A stretch of 64,000 bases of DNA from Spirochaetia bacterium (lineage in GTDB: Bacteria; Spirochaetota; Spirochaetia; DSM-2461), in NCBI GenBank assembly GCA_963666985.2, contig CAXXIA010000001.1:352001-416000 (forward strand). The letters are read 5' to 3'. The notes beneath the pieces are model-generated. The model was not told the DNA's origin. It made no database searches and worked only from the letters and a program-made list of their open reading frames with translations. Position 1 is the first letter of the stretch; each line of letters opens with the position of its first letter. Both the position numbers and the translations under genes were made by a program. This document shows, in pieces, positions 1-10,414 of the stretch.

Positions 1-763
1 TCAGACCGGATGAAACGTTTTCTTCTTCCGAATCCTCATAGCGCAGCAGCATGGCAATCCCTTCCATCGCCGCGCCGCTGTGGAAATCGAGACAGTTCCT
101 GCCGACAACCCGCTGGGATATGTCGATAAATTTCTCTTCCAAATTCGAGAGAAACGAAAGTTCCTGTTCCTCATTCTTTACCGACAGTCCGCTGACCGCG
201 AATACGGCTTGAAAAATTCCGCGGTTTGAAACCTCCCGGTCGAATTCTTCACACAGCTGATTGATGCCGGAATCATTCGGATTGTTGCAGGCCTGGAGAA
301 TCCGCTCCATCACATCTTTTTTATAACGATCCCGACTGACCGCGAGCTGCTGTTCAAGAGCCTTCTCCGGGCTGATTGAGCGGAGCCGACTGCCGATTTT
401 CTTCAGCGTTCGGTTCAGTTCTTCTTTCTGCAGGGGTTTGAGGATGTAGTCATCAACATCCAGTTTGAGGGCCTTCCGGGCGTAATCAAACTCACGATGT
501 CCGGAAATAACGACGAATCGTGTTTTGGCACCCGTGGATTTATGCCGGCGGATCAGTTCCAAACCGTCGATACCCGGCATCCGGATGTCGGTAACGACAA
601 TATCGGGCTTCAGTTTGCTGATTTGATCCAGAGCTTCAAGACCATCCTGGGAATTCCCGATCTCCACCATGTTGAGTTCGGCCCAGTCGACAAGCATGTG
701 GATTAATTTATACCCTTTCGGCTCATCTTCCGCGATGAAAACCCGAATCGGTTCGGAATTCAT
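1..763 (-). CDS. Two-component response regulator (YesN-like receiver domain), truncated by the window start
   Basis: Not in the ORF track. Manual translation from ATG 763 gives MNSEPIRVFIAEDE...KPDIVVTDIRMPGIDGLEL...ISGHREFDYAREALKLDVDDYILKP, a typical receiver domain. The frame stays open to position 1. Confidence 0.9.
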   Translation of the reverse strand, partial: MNSEPIRVFIAEDEPKGYKLIHMLVDWAELNMVEIGNSQDGLEALDQISKLKPDIVVTDIRMPGIDGLELIRRHKSTGAKTRFVVISGHREFDYARKALKLDVDDYILKPLQKEELNRTLKKIGSRLRSISPEKALEQQLAVSRDRYKKDVMERILQACNNPNDSGINQLCEEFDREVSNRGIFQAVFAVSGLSVKNEEQELSFLSNLEEKFIDISQRVVGRNCLDFHSGAAMEGIAMLLRYEDSEEENVSSGL

Positions 764-856
764 GATCGGAATATACCATAAGGGAAGGAAAAAGAGACCC
801 GTTCCGGTCCGGGGAAACGGAGGAAGAAGGCAAGGTTCTCCCTCCGCACCGCAGAT

Positions 857-1840
857 TTATACACGAAAGAGTCTTTCTGCGTTCTTGTGGTAGATCATCT
901 CTTTCTCTTCATCGGTTGCATCAGATTCTTCAATGCAGGAAATACCCGTTTCCATGGAGGAAAGAGGATAATCACAGCCGAAGAGGATATGATCGATGCC
1001 CATGGCCGAGATGGCGCATCGGAGCGTTTCCGGATTATATTCGCCGCTTGTGCTCACATACAGGTTCCGTTTGATGTAGAACGACGGTTCCCGGGTAATC
1101 CGGCCTTTTGAGAGGTAATCGGTTTTGTCCGAGCCTTCGTCGATGCGTCGGAGAAGATACGGCAGAGTCTCTCCGAGGTGGCCGAGAATGAGTTTCGCGC
1201 CCGGGTGCCGTTCGAAGACACCGCCGAAAACAATCCTCAGAGCATGGGTGGTTCCTTCGGCGGCCCAGTTCCACGCCGGGCCGAGCATTTCGGTGTAATC
1301 TCCATAGGCTTCGATTTGATCCGCCGCCGGATGGCCGACATGCAGATACAGAGGAACATCCAATTCTTCCAAAGAGGCCCAAACATCATCAAACTGCATT
1401 TCATCGAGATATTCGAAGTTCGAATGTCCCTGAATCATCACCCCGACGAAGCCGAGTTCTTTTACGCAGCGTTCCAGTTCCATAACGGCCGCGGCCGGAT
1501 CCTGCAGCGGAAGTGTTCCGAAAGCCCGGAAACGGCCGGGATATTCCGAGGCCAGCGAAGCGGTAATATCGTTGTACAGCTTGGCGGCTTCCACCGCTTT
1601 TACGGCATTATCGAAACCTTGCGCGGCCGGCCACATGGCCGAGATAATCTGCATGTCGATTCCGTTTGAATCCATGGAAGGAATACGGTGTTCACCGAAA
1701 GGCTTGTCGCTCAGAGATAATTTCGTTTCCACGAATTTTTTCCCCATAATGTCCGGGAACGCCATCTTCTTTTCCCATTCTTTCATCTGAACCAGCATTT
1801 CTTTTGTTGAAAAATGTTCTTCTATCGCGATTTTTTTCAC
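857..1840 (-). CDS. Amidohydrolase-2 family protein, aromatic acid decarboxylase-like (2,3-DHBA / gamma-resorcylate decarboxylase type)
   Basis: Motifs KIAIEEHF, VPLYLH, ILGHLGETLP, ILFGCDYP. Start moved to GTG 1840, which follows an AGGAG RBS. Confidence 0.8.
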   Translation of the reverse strand: MKKIAIEEHFSTKEMLVQMKEWEKKMAFPDIMGKKFVETKLSLSDKPFGEHRIPSMDSNGIDMQIISAMWPAAQGFDNAVKAVEAAKLYNDITASLASEYPGRFRAFGTLPLQDPAAAVMELERCVKELGFVGVMIQGHSNFEYLDEMQFDDVWASLEELDVPLYLHVGHPAADQIEAYGDYTEMLGPAWNWAAEGTTHALRIVFGGVFERHPGAKLILGHLGETLPYLLRRIDEGSDKTDYLSKGRITREPSFYIKRNLYVSTSGEYNPETLRCAISAMGIDHILFGCDYPLSSMETGISCIEESDATDEEKEMIYHKNAERLFRV

Positions 1841-1883
1841 CTGATTTCTCCTGTAATTATGTGATTCATAAGCTTCAATTTCC

Positions 1884-2912
1884 CTATTGTGCGCTGTTCG
1901 CGGAAGGAGCATGACCTTTGACGAGTTTTGCCTTTCGAATAATGCTTTTCGCCTGATGGGAATCCATGGCTATGGCCGTAACCAGCACCAAGCCCTTTAC
2001 CATATATTGAGGATACACATCGAGCTGCATCATCTGCATCCCGTTGGTGATGACCGTAAGAATCAGAACACCGATGACGACGCTGGAGATTTTTCCGCCG
2101 CCGCCGCCCATCCTGATGCCGCCGAGCATGGCGCCGGCGATAAGGGTGAATTCGGTTCCCGGCCCCATCGAAGAGGTGGAAGAGCCCGACCGGGCGATAA
2201 AGACAATCGTTCCCAGGGCGGTAAAGAAACCCGCGATGGTGTAGACGATAATGCGTATTTTTTGAATATTCACGCCTGAGAGTTCCACGGCCTCGGCGTT
2301 GCTGCCCAGTCCGTAGATATAGCGTCCGAAGTAGGTCTTGTTGAGCATGACGGAGCCGAAGGCGACGACAAGAATCATAATGATGATCGCCACCGGAATC
2401 GGTCCGACATACCCTTGCCCGAGAACCCTGAACTGTTCCGGGAAATTGAAGTATGTCTGGGAGGATGAGATCATGAAAGAGGCTCCCATGAACACGTACT
2501 GGGTCGCCAGAGTGATGATGAACGGAAAAACACCCAGCCAAACATAAAGTAGGCCGTTCATGAGCGACATGGCGCAGCCCATAACCAGACCCAAAGGAAT
2601 AATCAGGCCGATCGGCATGCTTGTATGGGTCATCAGATGCCCGAGGACCACACCGATTAAGGACATCTGATATCCGATGGAAAGATCGATTCCTCCCGAA
2701 AGCATAATCAGGGCGACTCCGACACCGACGATGATGAGATAAGAAGCCTGATTGAGAATGTTGCGCAGGTTTATCGCGGTTAAAAAACGGTCCGACTGCA
2801 ATGAAAAAACAACGATCAACACCAGAAGCACGAAGTACATGATGTGGTCTCTGATAAACGTTGTTATATGTTTGCCCGTTTCGTTCGGCTTTTTATCGAC
2901 AAGCGGATTCAT
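1884..2912 (-). CDS. Monosaccharide (CUT2) ABC transporter permease, RbsC-like
   Basis: Motifs GGIDLSIG, PFIITLAT, T.FGRYIY..GSN.EA..LSG; hydrophobic throughout. Start set at ATG 2912 after GGAGGG. Confidence 0.9.
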   Translation of the reverse strand: MNPLVDKKPNETGKHITTFIRDHIMYFVLLVLIVVFSLQSDRFLTAINLRNILNQASYLIIVGVGVALIMLSGGIDLSIGYQMSLIGVVLGHLMTHTSMPIGLIIPLGLVMGCAMSLMNGLLYVWLGVFPFIITLATQYVFMGASFMISSSQTYFNFPEQFRVLGQGYVGPIPVAIIIMILVVAFGSVMLNKTYFGRYIYGLGSNAEAVELSGVNIQKIRIIVYTIAGFFTALGTIVFIARSGSSTSSMGPGTEFTLIAGAMLGGIRMGGGGGKISSVVIGVLILTVITNGMQMMQLDVYPQYMVKGLVLVTAIAMDSHQAKSIIRKAKLVKGHAPSANSAQ

Positions 2913-4419
2913 ACTTTTTTTCTCCCTCCAATGCGGCGGCCCCGCCTCCGGAAGCCATGTTGAGAATGTATTCCTGTGTGAAGTAATCTTTCGGAACTTC
3001 ACCGACGAATTCTTTTTCGTGAAGAACGACGATTCTGTCGGACATGCCCAGCAGCTCTTCCATATCCGAGGTGATCATAATGATGCATTTCCCTTCGGCG
3101 CACAGATCATTCATGAGCGCGTACATCTCATGCTTCGCGCCGACATCGATCCCCCTGGTCGGTTCATCGAAAACCAGGATGCTCGTATCCGCCGCAAGGG
3201 TTTTCGCCACCACGACTTTTTGCTGATTCCCTCCGGAGAGATTCAAGACTTTTTGTTTCATGTTCGGTGTTTTTATACTCAGCTGCCGAATATACTCCTT
3301 CGCCAGATCCTGCTCTTTTTTCGTATTGACAAGGAGCATTCGGGCAAGTTTTCTAACGGCCGCGAAAACAATGTTCCAGGAGACACCATTCATGAGAAAG
3401 CATCCGTCACGCTTTCGGTCTTCCGGAACCAAACCGATGCCGTATTTCAGGGCATCGGAAGGGGATGTGATGTCCGCCGGTTTACCGTCGACAAGAATTT
3501 CACCCCATTGACGCCGTTCGGCTCCGTATACGACTCTCATTATTTCGGATCGGCCGGCGCCGACGAGACCGGCCATTCCCAGGATTTCTCCCTTTCTTGC
3601 TTTGAAGGAAACGTTTTTCACTCCGTTCCCGGTCAGATTTTTCAGTTCCAGGGCGACGGGTCCCGGCGGCGTCTTTCTAACAGGGTATGTTTCCGCCAGT
3701 TCACGTCCGACCATATCGCATATCAGTTCACTGCGGCATGTGTCCGCAACATTTTTTGTCACAACGAATTCGCCATCTCTGAATACGGTTACCCTGTCCG
3801 CTATTCGGAATATTTCATCCAGTCGATGGGATATATAAATGATGGTGACACCTTCTTTTTTCAGCTGTGTGACGATGTCCATAAGAATGGCAATTTCCGC
3901 GGCCGTCAGCGGCGCGGTCGGTTCATCCATAATGAGGATTCCGGCGTTTTTTGAGACGGCTTTGGCGATTTCAACAATCTGCCGTTTCGCGCTGCTTAAC
4001 GACCTGACGGGTGTTCTCGGATCAATATCCACTTTGAATCGTTCAAAAATCGCCGAAGCGACCTTGTTCATTTCCCGCTGATTGACGAAATGTCCGTATT
4101 TTTTCCCCAGGCAGATATTTTCGGCCGCCGAGAGAAGGTCTATCAGATTGTATTCCTGGTAAATAGCTTCGATACCGTTGGAGCGGGCCTGCGCCGGCGA
4201 AATACCGGCGTAGGTTTTACCGGAAACGGTAATTGTTCCGCTCTCCGGGCGCACCGCGCCGGTAATCACCTTAATGAAGGTGGACTTCCCGGCTCCGTTT
4301 TCTCCCACAATCGCGTGTATTTCACCTTTGCGGAAATCTACGGAAATTTCATTCAGCGCGACGACGCCCGGATAGATCTTAACTATTCTCTCCAGAGATA
4401 AAATTGTATCAGTTTCCAT
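2893..4419 (-). CDS. Monosaccharide ABC transporter ATP-binding protein (two-domain, RbsA/MglA-like)
   Basis: Motifs GENGAGKST, MDEPT, LSGGNQQKV, DEPTRGIDVGAK. Confidence 0.95.
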   Translation of the reverse strand: METDTILSLERIVKIYPGVVALNEISVDFRKGEIHAIVGENGAGKSTFIKVITGAVRPESGTITVSGKTYAGISPAQARSNGIEAIYQEYNLIDLLSAAENICLGKKYGHFVNQREMNKVASAIFERFKVDIDPRTPVRSLSSAKRQIVEIAKAVSKNAGILIMDEPTAPLTAAEIAILMDIVTQLKKEGVTIIYISHRLDEIFRIADRVTVFRDGEFVVTKNVADTCRSELICDMVGRELAETYPVRKTPPGPVALELKNLTGNGVKNVSFKARKGEILGMAGLVGAGRSEIMRVVYGAERRQWGEILVDGKPADITSPSDALKYGIGLVPEDRKRDGCFLMNGVSWNIVFAAVRKLARMLLVNTKKEQDLAKEYIRQLSIKTPNMKQKVLNLSGGNQQKVVVAKTLAADTSILVFDEPTRGIDVGAKHEMYALMNDLCAEGKCIIMITSDMEELLGMSDRIVVLHEKEFVGEVPKDYFTQEYILNMASGGGAAALEGEKKYESACR

Positions 4420-4452
4420 GTTCGCTATCCCTGTGAAAGAAAGAACTCATAA

Positions 4453-5550
4453 TCAGTTCATCAGGAAGTTGTTTTCAGGATTGTCAATCAGGAAGTCGTA
4501 TCCGATGGCATCCACCGTCCAAATGTCGTCAAGAACCCAGAAAGGGGTTTCCGCTTCACCGAACAGAATACGCTTGGTTACCTGGAAGAGCCCTTCGGCC
4601 ATGAAGACCTTCACCTTCTGACCATGAGTTCCGTAATTGCACGATCCCCGAAGGATGCTTTTGTTTCCTTTGGAACTTTCAATCAGGGGTTTGGAGGTTC
4701 CGTCCGAGTAGCTTCCGGCAAACACGGCATATTTCGACAAATCCAGATTTGGCTGAGATGTAATAAAGTTATTGACGCCGACGGCCGGAGCCTCCTGGAA
4801 CGACAGGAAAAGCTTAATCTGGGGATCCATGGTCATGGCTTCTTCGGCGGCGTTATAGCCCAAATCGATTGAATTATGAGCCTTGGCCGTATAGGTAACC
4901 TGTATCCGCGGATCTTCAGCGGCCGCGGCTATCATGGCATCATAAACCTGCTTGAAGATGAAGGTGTTGTTGAATCCGATAACCGCGGCGTGGATATCTC
5001 CTTCTTTGGCATCCGGGTAGTTTTGATCGATCCAAAGCGACCCCATCTTGGCCACCTGTTTTCCGAGTTCCGAGTATTCTACGGCGGCGCCTCCGGAGAG
5101 CTGATCGTAATAAGCCGGATACTGTCCGTTGAACACAACGGGGATTCCGGCATCCATGGCCTGCAGACAAACGGATTTAACGGCTCCCTGATCAATGGGT
5201 GCGCAGATGATGAGATCGACGCCCATGGAAATGAAGTTTTCCATATGGGAAATCATCAGGGAATTGTCTCCCTCGCAGGCCATGACGCTGACATCAACAC
5301 CCAATTCCTGCAAATTTTTTTGAATGTAATCCACCGTCATTTTCAGGAAGGGATTGGAAAGAGTGTTGACGGCGTAACCGACGGTTACGGTTTCTCCGGC
5401 ATCAAGCTTTTCCTGAACGGTTTTTACGGCCTGATTAGCGGCGGTCCCGTTTTTCGAAGCGGACTCCGATTTCTCTTGGGAACATCCGATAAAGCAGCAC
5501 AGCAGCAGGATCGGAATGAGCCCGAGCAGTACACGTCCATTGCTTTTCAT
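4453..5550 (-). CDS. Sugar-type ABC substrate-binding lipoprotein
   Basis: Lipoprotein-like signal (LLLCCFIGC), Peripla_BP-like segments (NTLSNPF, GVDLII, AGIPVV), and position directly upstream of the ATPase and permease. Confidence 0.85.
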   Translation of the reverse strand: MKSNGRVLLGLIPILLLCCFIGCSQEKSESASKNGTAANQAVKTVQEKLDAGETVTVGYAVNTLSNPFLKMTVDYIQKNLQELGVDVSVMACEGDNSLMISHMENFISMGVDLIICAPIDQGAVKSVCLQAMDAGIPVVFNGQYPAYYDQLSGGAAVEYSELGKQVAKMGSLWIDQNYPDAKEGDIHAAVIGFNNTFIFKQVYDAMIAAAAEDPRIQVTYTAKAHNSIDLGYNAAEEAMTMDPQIKLFLSFQEAPAVGVNNFITSQPNLDLSKYAVFAGSYSDGTSKPLIESSKGNKSILRGSCNYGTHGQKVKVFMAEGLFQVTKRILFGEAETPFWVLDDIWTVDAIGYDFLIDNPENNFLMN

Positions 5551-5572
5551 TTTTGTCTCCTTATGCGTTTTG

Positions 5573-6535
5573 TTATATTTTCAGCAAACGCTGAGCGTTT
5601 CGCCGAAATATTTGCTTTTTTTCATCCTCGGGAATGGTCATCTTTTCCACCGATTCGATCGTCAGAGGGATTTCTTTGGGAGTCATTGCGGGAAAATCGG
5701 TCGCGTAGACCATTCTGTCCGGACCGAAAAAGCTGTAGCCCAGTTCCAGGGTGGGTGCCGAATGTCCGTATATGGCGGTATCACCGTAGAACTTGAACAG
5801 GTTTTGATACCAGACTTGTCCCATTTCTCCGCATTTGTTCACCGTGTATGGCGGATCATCGAAATACTGAGCTTTGATTCGTGTATGAAAGGCGGGAACG
5901 AACGCTCCGCAGTGGTGAGTGATGAATTTGATTCCCGGGAACTGTTCGAAAACACCCGAACGGGCAAGAAAAATCATGGCGAGACTGGTATCCAAAGGCC
6001 AATGGAGCATTGTGGCGATATCAAAGGGCTGGGGCAGCGGACCATGGGCAAAAACCGGGTGAATCCAGATAGGAAGATCATAGTCGGCCATCATTTCGTA
6101 GAGGGGAAAGAGACGCTGCGAATCCAGCTGTTCTCCGACGATATTGCTCGATATCTGAATACCTTTCATTCCCAGGTTTTCAACGGCCCGCCGTCCTTCG
6201 GCAAGCGCCGCGCCGATATCCGCCATCGGCAGGGTTGCCGCCGCGGCGATAAAATGGTTTGGAAAGTCCCGAACAAGAGCCGCCATTTCATCATTGGCTA
6301 AGGCCGCAAGATCCGCCGCCGATGACGAATCCGTCATGGATTCCAGATCCGGTCCCATCAATGTGATAACGGATGTATCTCCGGGGGCAACTTCATCCAT
6401 AACTCCGGTACGTTCGATCGGATCGGAGAGAATCGATGCCGGCGGGGAAGGGTGATGGTTGATTTTTCTTTTGTCGAGTTCGCTCAAGTATCGTTTTGGG
6501 AGGACATGAGTAAAAAAGTCGATGTTGCCGGACAT
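5573..6535 (-). CDS. Amidohydrolase-2 family protein (ACMSD/decarboxylase-like)
   Basis: Motifs IDFFTHVLP, LPIWIHP, FITHHCGAFVP, MVYATDFP. Confidence 0.85.
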   Translation of the reverse strand: MSGNIDFFTHVLPKRYLSELDKRKINHHPSPPASILSDPIERTGVMDEVAPGDTSVITLMGPDLESMTDSSSAADLAALANDEMAALVRDFPNHFIAAAATLPMADIGAALAEGRRAVENLGMKGIQISSNIVGEQLDSQRLFPLYEMMADYDLPIWIHPVFAHGPLPQPFDIATMLHWPLDTSLAMIFLARSGVFEQFPGIKFITHHCGAFVPAFHTRIKAQYFDDPPYTVNKCGEMGQVWYQNLFKFYGDTAIYGHSAPTLELGYSFFGPDRMVYATDFPAMTPKEIPLTIESVEKMTIPEDEKKQIFRRNAQRLLKI

Positions 6536-6596
6536 AGATGTACCTCTGTAATATTTCTGAAAGACGGGTGATTCTATTCGTACGAAATTTTCACTG

Positions 6597-8339
6597 TCAA
6601 CGCGGATCTGGGATTTGGATACCTCTTATTGGATTTTGATACATTCGGGTTTGATGAGTGAAAGGATTCACCGTGAGAACGTTTCTTTTTCCGAAAAGAG
6701 CACGGCCATAACGGATTATTCCGCTATGAATCAGGATTTCGATCGCTTCTTCGGCGTCTTCCAATTCCCAGCCCGCCAAACAGCCGAATCCGGGACTTTG
6801 ATCCAATCCCAGCCGTCGGATTTCCATTGTGCGCCGCCCGATCAGGATACGGGCCATTCGGCCTTTGCCGAATCGGCGGTTATTGCGGCGGACTGTTTTT
6901 AGGATGGATTTGAATTCAGGCGGCTCTTTCCAGACCTCTCCGCCGCAGACGTCGCAGCCTGTGCAGTCCTGCGCCTCAATCCCCAGGGATTCCAGAAGCA
7001 TCTCCCTGCGGCAGCGGCCGGCGGAGAGGGCGTAGCGAAGTATGGTATCGCGGCGGACGCGGGCGAGAGATTCGGGAGAGTCTGAAGAGGCATCGAGTGT
7101 TTTTCCGCCGGATGTCCGCATGGTGCCGAGCGGAGAGTTCGATATCGCGCGGAGAGGGGCAGGGCCTTCCAAATCTTCTTTTGAAGCGGCCTGAGAGGAT
7201 CGGTATTCGTTTTGTTTCCCGTGAGGAGCGCTTTTGGGATTATCCGGGTTTTGATAATCAGCCGTATCTTCGGGCGTCAGGATAAGCCAAGCCTTTGCGC
7301 CCTTGCCGTCACGGGAGGCTCTGCCTGATTCCTGGAGATACGCTTCCGCCGAGCTCGGTGGGGCAAGGTGAACGACGGTGCGGATATTGCTCTTATCAAC
7401 GCCCATCCCATAAGCGCAAGTTGCACACAGAATACCGTCGCGGCTCGAAAGAAACCAATCCTCCAGACGCTTTTTCTCGGCGGGAAGCAGGCCCGCATGG
7501 TAGTAGCGGATCTCTTCATCCTTAAGCCGGTGCCGAAGTATTCTGGCGGCGGTTTCCACGGAAGAACGCGTGGGGCCGAATATGATGCAAGGCCTTTGTT
7601 CTTCTCTGACCAAACGCTCCAGGATGTGGAAGCGGCTGAGGGTCGGCAGAACACCGTAGCGGATGGCGGGTCTGTCCGGATCGGCAAGGGCTTCGGATGG
7701 CCTTTCTCCGTTGAAGAGCAGATCGGTTATACGCTCCCTGACGTGCGGACCGGCTGTCGCCGTGAGGGCCAGGACGGCATCGGGATTCCATTCGGTAACG
7801 AGGCGGCCCAATTCGGCGCAGGCCGGTCTGAAGGTTTCGCCCCATTGACTGACGGTATGGGTTTCATCAACCACTAAGAATCGCGGTTTTAAAGCTTTGA
7901 TTCTCTCCGATACGTCCGCGATCGCGAGGATTTCCGGATTGGCCAGAATAATGTGAATCTCGCCGTTTTCCAAAGTGTTCCATACGTCGCGGCGCTCGGC
8001 GGCGTTCAGTCCTCCGCGCAGAACGGCGCACGGTATCTTCGCCGCGTCAAGGCGGCGTTTCTGATCGGACATCAGGGAAAGTAGGGGGAAAACAGCCACG
8101 GTTAGGGCGCCGCTCATCACGGCCGGAAGCATCCAGCAGAGGCTTTTCCCGGCACCGGTGGGAAGAACCGCGATGCGGCGCAGCGGCTCCGGCGCCTCTT
8201 CGTTTTCATTAGCGGGTACAAGAGCATCCAGAACCGATGCGATAACAAGACGCTGCCAAGGATAAGGAAACGAAATTCCGAAAATGATTTGGGCGGTTTT
8301 TTCGATCGGATCTTCACAGTCAAGCGTTTTTAAGTTCAT
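6597..8339 (-). CDS. recQ: RecQ-family ATP-dependent DNA helicase (no HRDC domain apparent)
   Basis: Motifs LPTGAGKS, VVDETH..SQWG..FRP, LTATA, YHAGL, GMGVDK, QESGRA.RDG, and RQC zinc motif CRR...CTGCDVC. Confidence 0.85.
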   Translation of the reverse strand: MNLKTLDCEDPIEKTAQIIFGISFPYPWQRLVIASVLDALVPANENEEAPEPLRRIAVLPTGAGKSLCWMLPAVMSGALTVAVFPLLSLMSDQKRRLDAAKIPCAVLRGGLNAAERRDVWNTLENGEIHIILANPEILAIADVSERIKALKPRFLVVDETHTVSQWGETFRPACAELGRLVTEWNPDAVLALTATAGPHVRERITDLLFNGERPSEALADPDRPAIRYGVLPTLSRFHILERLVREEQRPCIIFGPTRSSVETAARILRHRLKDEEIRYYHAGLLPAEKKRLEDWFLSSRDGILCATCAYGMGVDKSNIRTVVHLAPPSSAEAYLQESGRASRDGKGAKAWLILTPEDTADYQNPDNPKSAPHGKQNEYRSSQAASKEDLEGPAPLRAISNSPLGTMRTSGGKTLDASSDSPESLARVRRDTILRYALSAGRCRREMLLESLGIEAQDCTGCDVCGGEVWKEPPEFKSILKTVRRNNRRFGKGRMARILIGRRTMEIRRLGLDQSPGFGCLAGWELEDAEEAIEILIHSGIIRYGRALFGKRNVLTVNPFTHQTRMYQNPIRGIQIPDPR

Positions 8340-8422
8340 ACGGTATTTTACGTACCGGAATTGAGATTCTCTTGAAGTTCTTCAAATCGAAAGAAAAGAT
8401 AGAATTAATCGAAATAATTTTA

Positions 8423-8450
8423 TTGACCGGAGAAGGTATTCATTGATAAT
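8423..8450 (+). promoter_or_regulatory. Sigma70-like promoter for the GGDEF gene
   Basis: TTGACC-N16-GATAAT, ending 6 nt before ATG 8457. Confidence 0.45.
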
Positions 8451-8456
8451 GAGTAT

Positions 8457-10313
8457 ATGAAATCGTACCGGAAAAGACCGGTAGCCGTGCTCATTATAAT
8501 CTTGTTCTTATTAATGAATGCGGCCATCGCTTATGGAACCCAAGATTATCCCAGGGCGAATAGCGGTTTTATTAATCTGCGGTCATATAATTTTGAAAAA
8601 AATGGGCCTGTTATCTTATCGGGTGAATGGGCCTTTCATTGGGGAGTTCTTATTGATGAAGAGAACTTTCAGCGCCTCAGTGAAATGCGGCCCGCTTATT
8701 ATCATAATGTTCCGGGATATTGGAATACTCTAACAAAATATGATTCGTCTATAACGCCGCACGGCATTGCGACTTATGTGATAAAGATCGATCTAGGTCC
8801 GAATAACCGAGATCAATTGGCCTTAAGATTCCAAAATATTACACCGAATGCCGATATTTATATTAACGGCATTCGTTTGGTTGAATCAGGCGTTGTTCAT
8901 GCCGATCAGAGGATTTCGAAATCAGGAAACCGCCCTCGAATTATCCCTTTGTATCCCATACATGAGAGTCCGATTGTTCTCGCTGTCGGTATCTCCAATT
9001 ATCATTTTATAAAAGGCGGATTGAACAAGCCGATACAAATCGGATTATATGATGATCTTCTTCTCTCAAGGGAACGCATTCTGGTTATCGATGCGTTTTT
9101 TCTCGGAGGACTAATGCTGATGGGCCTGTATCAGCTGGCTCTTTTTTTCCTCAACAGGAAGCGGAAAACAACCCTCTTTATGGCGCTTATCTGCTTTTTA
9201 GCCCTGATGTTCTCAGGATTCCGGAATGAAATGGTCCTCCTTTCACTGTTCCCGGGTTGGGAAGGTGAAACGACTACAAAAATCCTTTATCTGACTTTGG
9301 CTCTGGTTCCTCCGATGATCAGTCTTTACACTTCAAATCTTTATCCTCTCTGCTTTAGAAAATCTTTCCATTTACTTTTTATCCCTATTGGAGTTATCGC
9401 TTTTTTTACAATTCTTTTTACAGATAAGTCCTTTTTTACACGCCTCACACTTTTATTTGAGATTCTGATTGTAAGTGCGACAGTGTATAATCTTGTGGTT
9501 CTTGTCATCGGATATTTTCGAACAAAAGAACGTCCTCTCCTTATTTTTTTGGGCGGTCTTCCCTTTCTTTTCCTCAGCATCGCCATAGGAATAATGGACG
9601 ATGTTAATCCTCATCCGATTCAATGGGCGGGTGGAATCGCCTTTGTTTTTATTCTCTATCAGACTTTTATACAGGCATATTTTTATTCCCATGTTTTTGA
9701 TGAAATTGATGACCTTTCTCTTCAGAAAACTAAGCTTGAAAAACGAAATATTGAATTATTCAATCTGTCGTATATCGACAGTTTAACCGGTATTTGCAAT
9801 AGAAGATTAATGGATGACTATTTAGCCTCAAACTGGAGGGTGAATTCCTTAAGTGAACGATCGTTGGGAATAATTCTCATCGATATTGATAACCTCAAAG
9901 CGTTTAATGATTATTATGGTCAGCGTAAGGGCGATTTATGCATTATGAAAGTTTGCGAACTGATCCGGGAAGGACTCGGGGAAGATGATCGATACACCTT
10001 ATCCCGATATGGAGGTGATGAATTTTCTTTGATTGTTTCCGATGTGGATGAGATAAACCTTTTTCAGCTTGCTGAAACAATTCGCAAAAATGTTGAATCG
10101 GCCGGAATTGAACATTCATCATCTCTCTTGGGCGTGGTTACCATCAGTTTGGGATGCGTAAGTTTTATACCGGATATCGAGCAGACATACGATGTTATCT
10201 TGGATGCAGCATCATCGGCTCTGTGTAAAGCGAAGAAATTGGGAAGAAACAGAACCAACCGATACGGAGTCGACAAAGGGTTGGAACTCTGGCAGCCGAT
10301 TGCTGCGGATTGA
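8457..10313 (+). CDS. Membrane-bound diguanylate cyclase (7TM-DISM-type sensor plus GGDEF)
   Basis: N-terminal LSGEWAFHW...VPGYW beta-sandwich-like domain, about 7 hydrophobic helices, then DSLTGICNRR, DIDNLKAFND, RYGGDEF. Confidence 0.88.
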   Translation: MKSYRKRPVAVLIIILFLLMNAAIAYGTQDYPRANSGFINLRSYNFEKNGPVILSGEWAFHWGVLIDEENFQRLSEMRPAYYHNVPGYWNTLTKYDSSITPHGIATYVIKIDLGPNNRDQLALRFQNITPNADIYINGIRLVESGVVHADQRISKSGNRPRIIPLYPIHESPIVLAVGISNYHFIKGGLNKPIQIGLYDDLLLSRERILVIDAFFLGGLMLMGLYQLALFFLNRKRKTTLFMALICFLALMFSGFRNEMVLLSLFPGWEGETTTKILYLTLALVPPMISLYTSNLYPLCFRKSFHLLFIPIGVIAFFTILFTDKSFFTRLTLLFEILIVSATVYNLVVLVIGYFRTKERPLLIFLGGLPFLFLSIAIGIMDDVNPHPIQWAGGIAFVFILYQTFIQAYFYSHVFDEIDDLSLQKTKLEKRNIELFNLSYIDSLTGICNRRLMDDYLASNWRVNSLSERSLGIILIDIDNLKAFNDYYGQRKGDLCIMKVCELIREGLGEDDRYTLSRYGGDEFSLIVSDVDEINLFQLAETIRKNVESAGIEHSSSLLGVVTISLGCVSFIPDIEQTYDVILDAASSALCKAKKLGRNRTNRYGVDKGLELWQPIAAD

Positions 10314-10414
10314 AAAGACAAAGGCTTCCGTTTTCTGATGTTTAACCGTTTTTGCTTAAGCTTCTATAAAGATGATTATGCGGGTGTCGGATCGGTTTTC
10401 TTTTAAAGTGATCT

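Noticed and set aside
2752..6301. Long plus-strand ORFs (2752..3954, 4876..5796, 5516..6301)
   Set aside because: They are antisense shadows of well-supported ABC and amidohydrolase genes and have no motifs.
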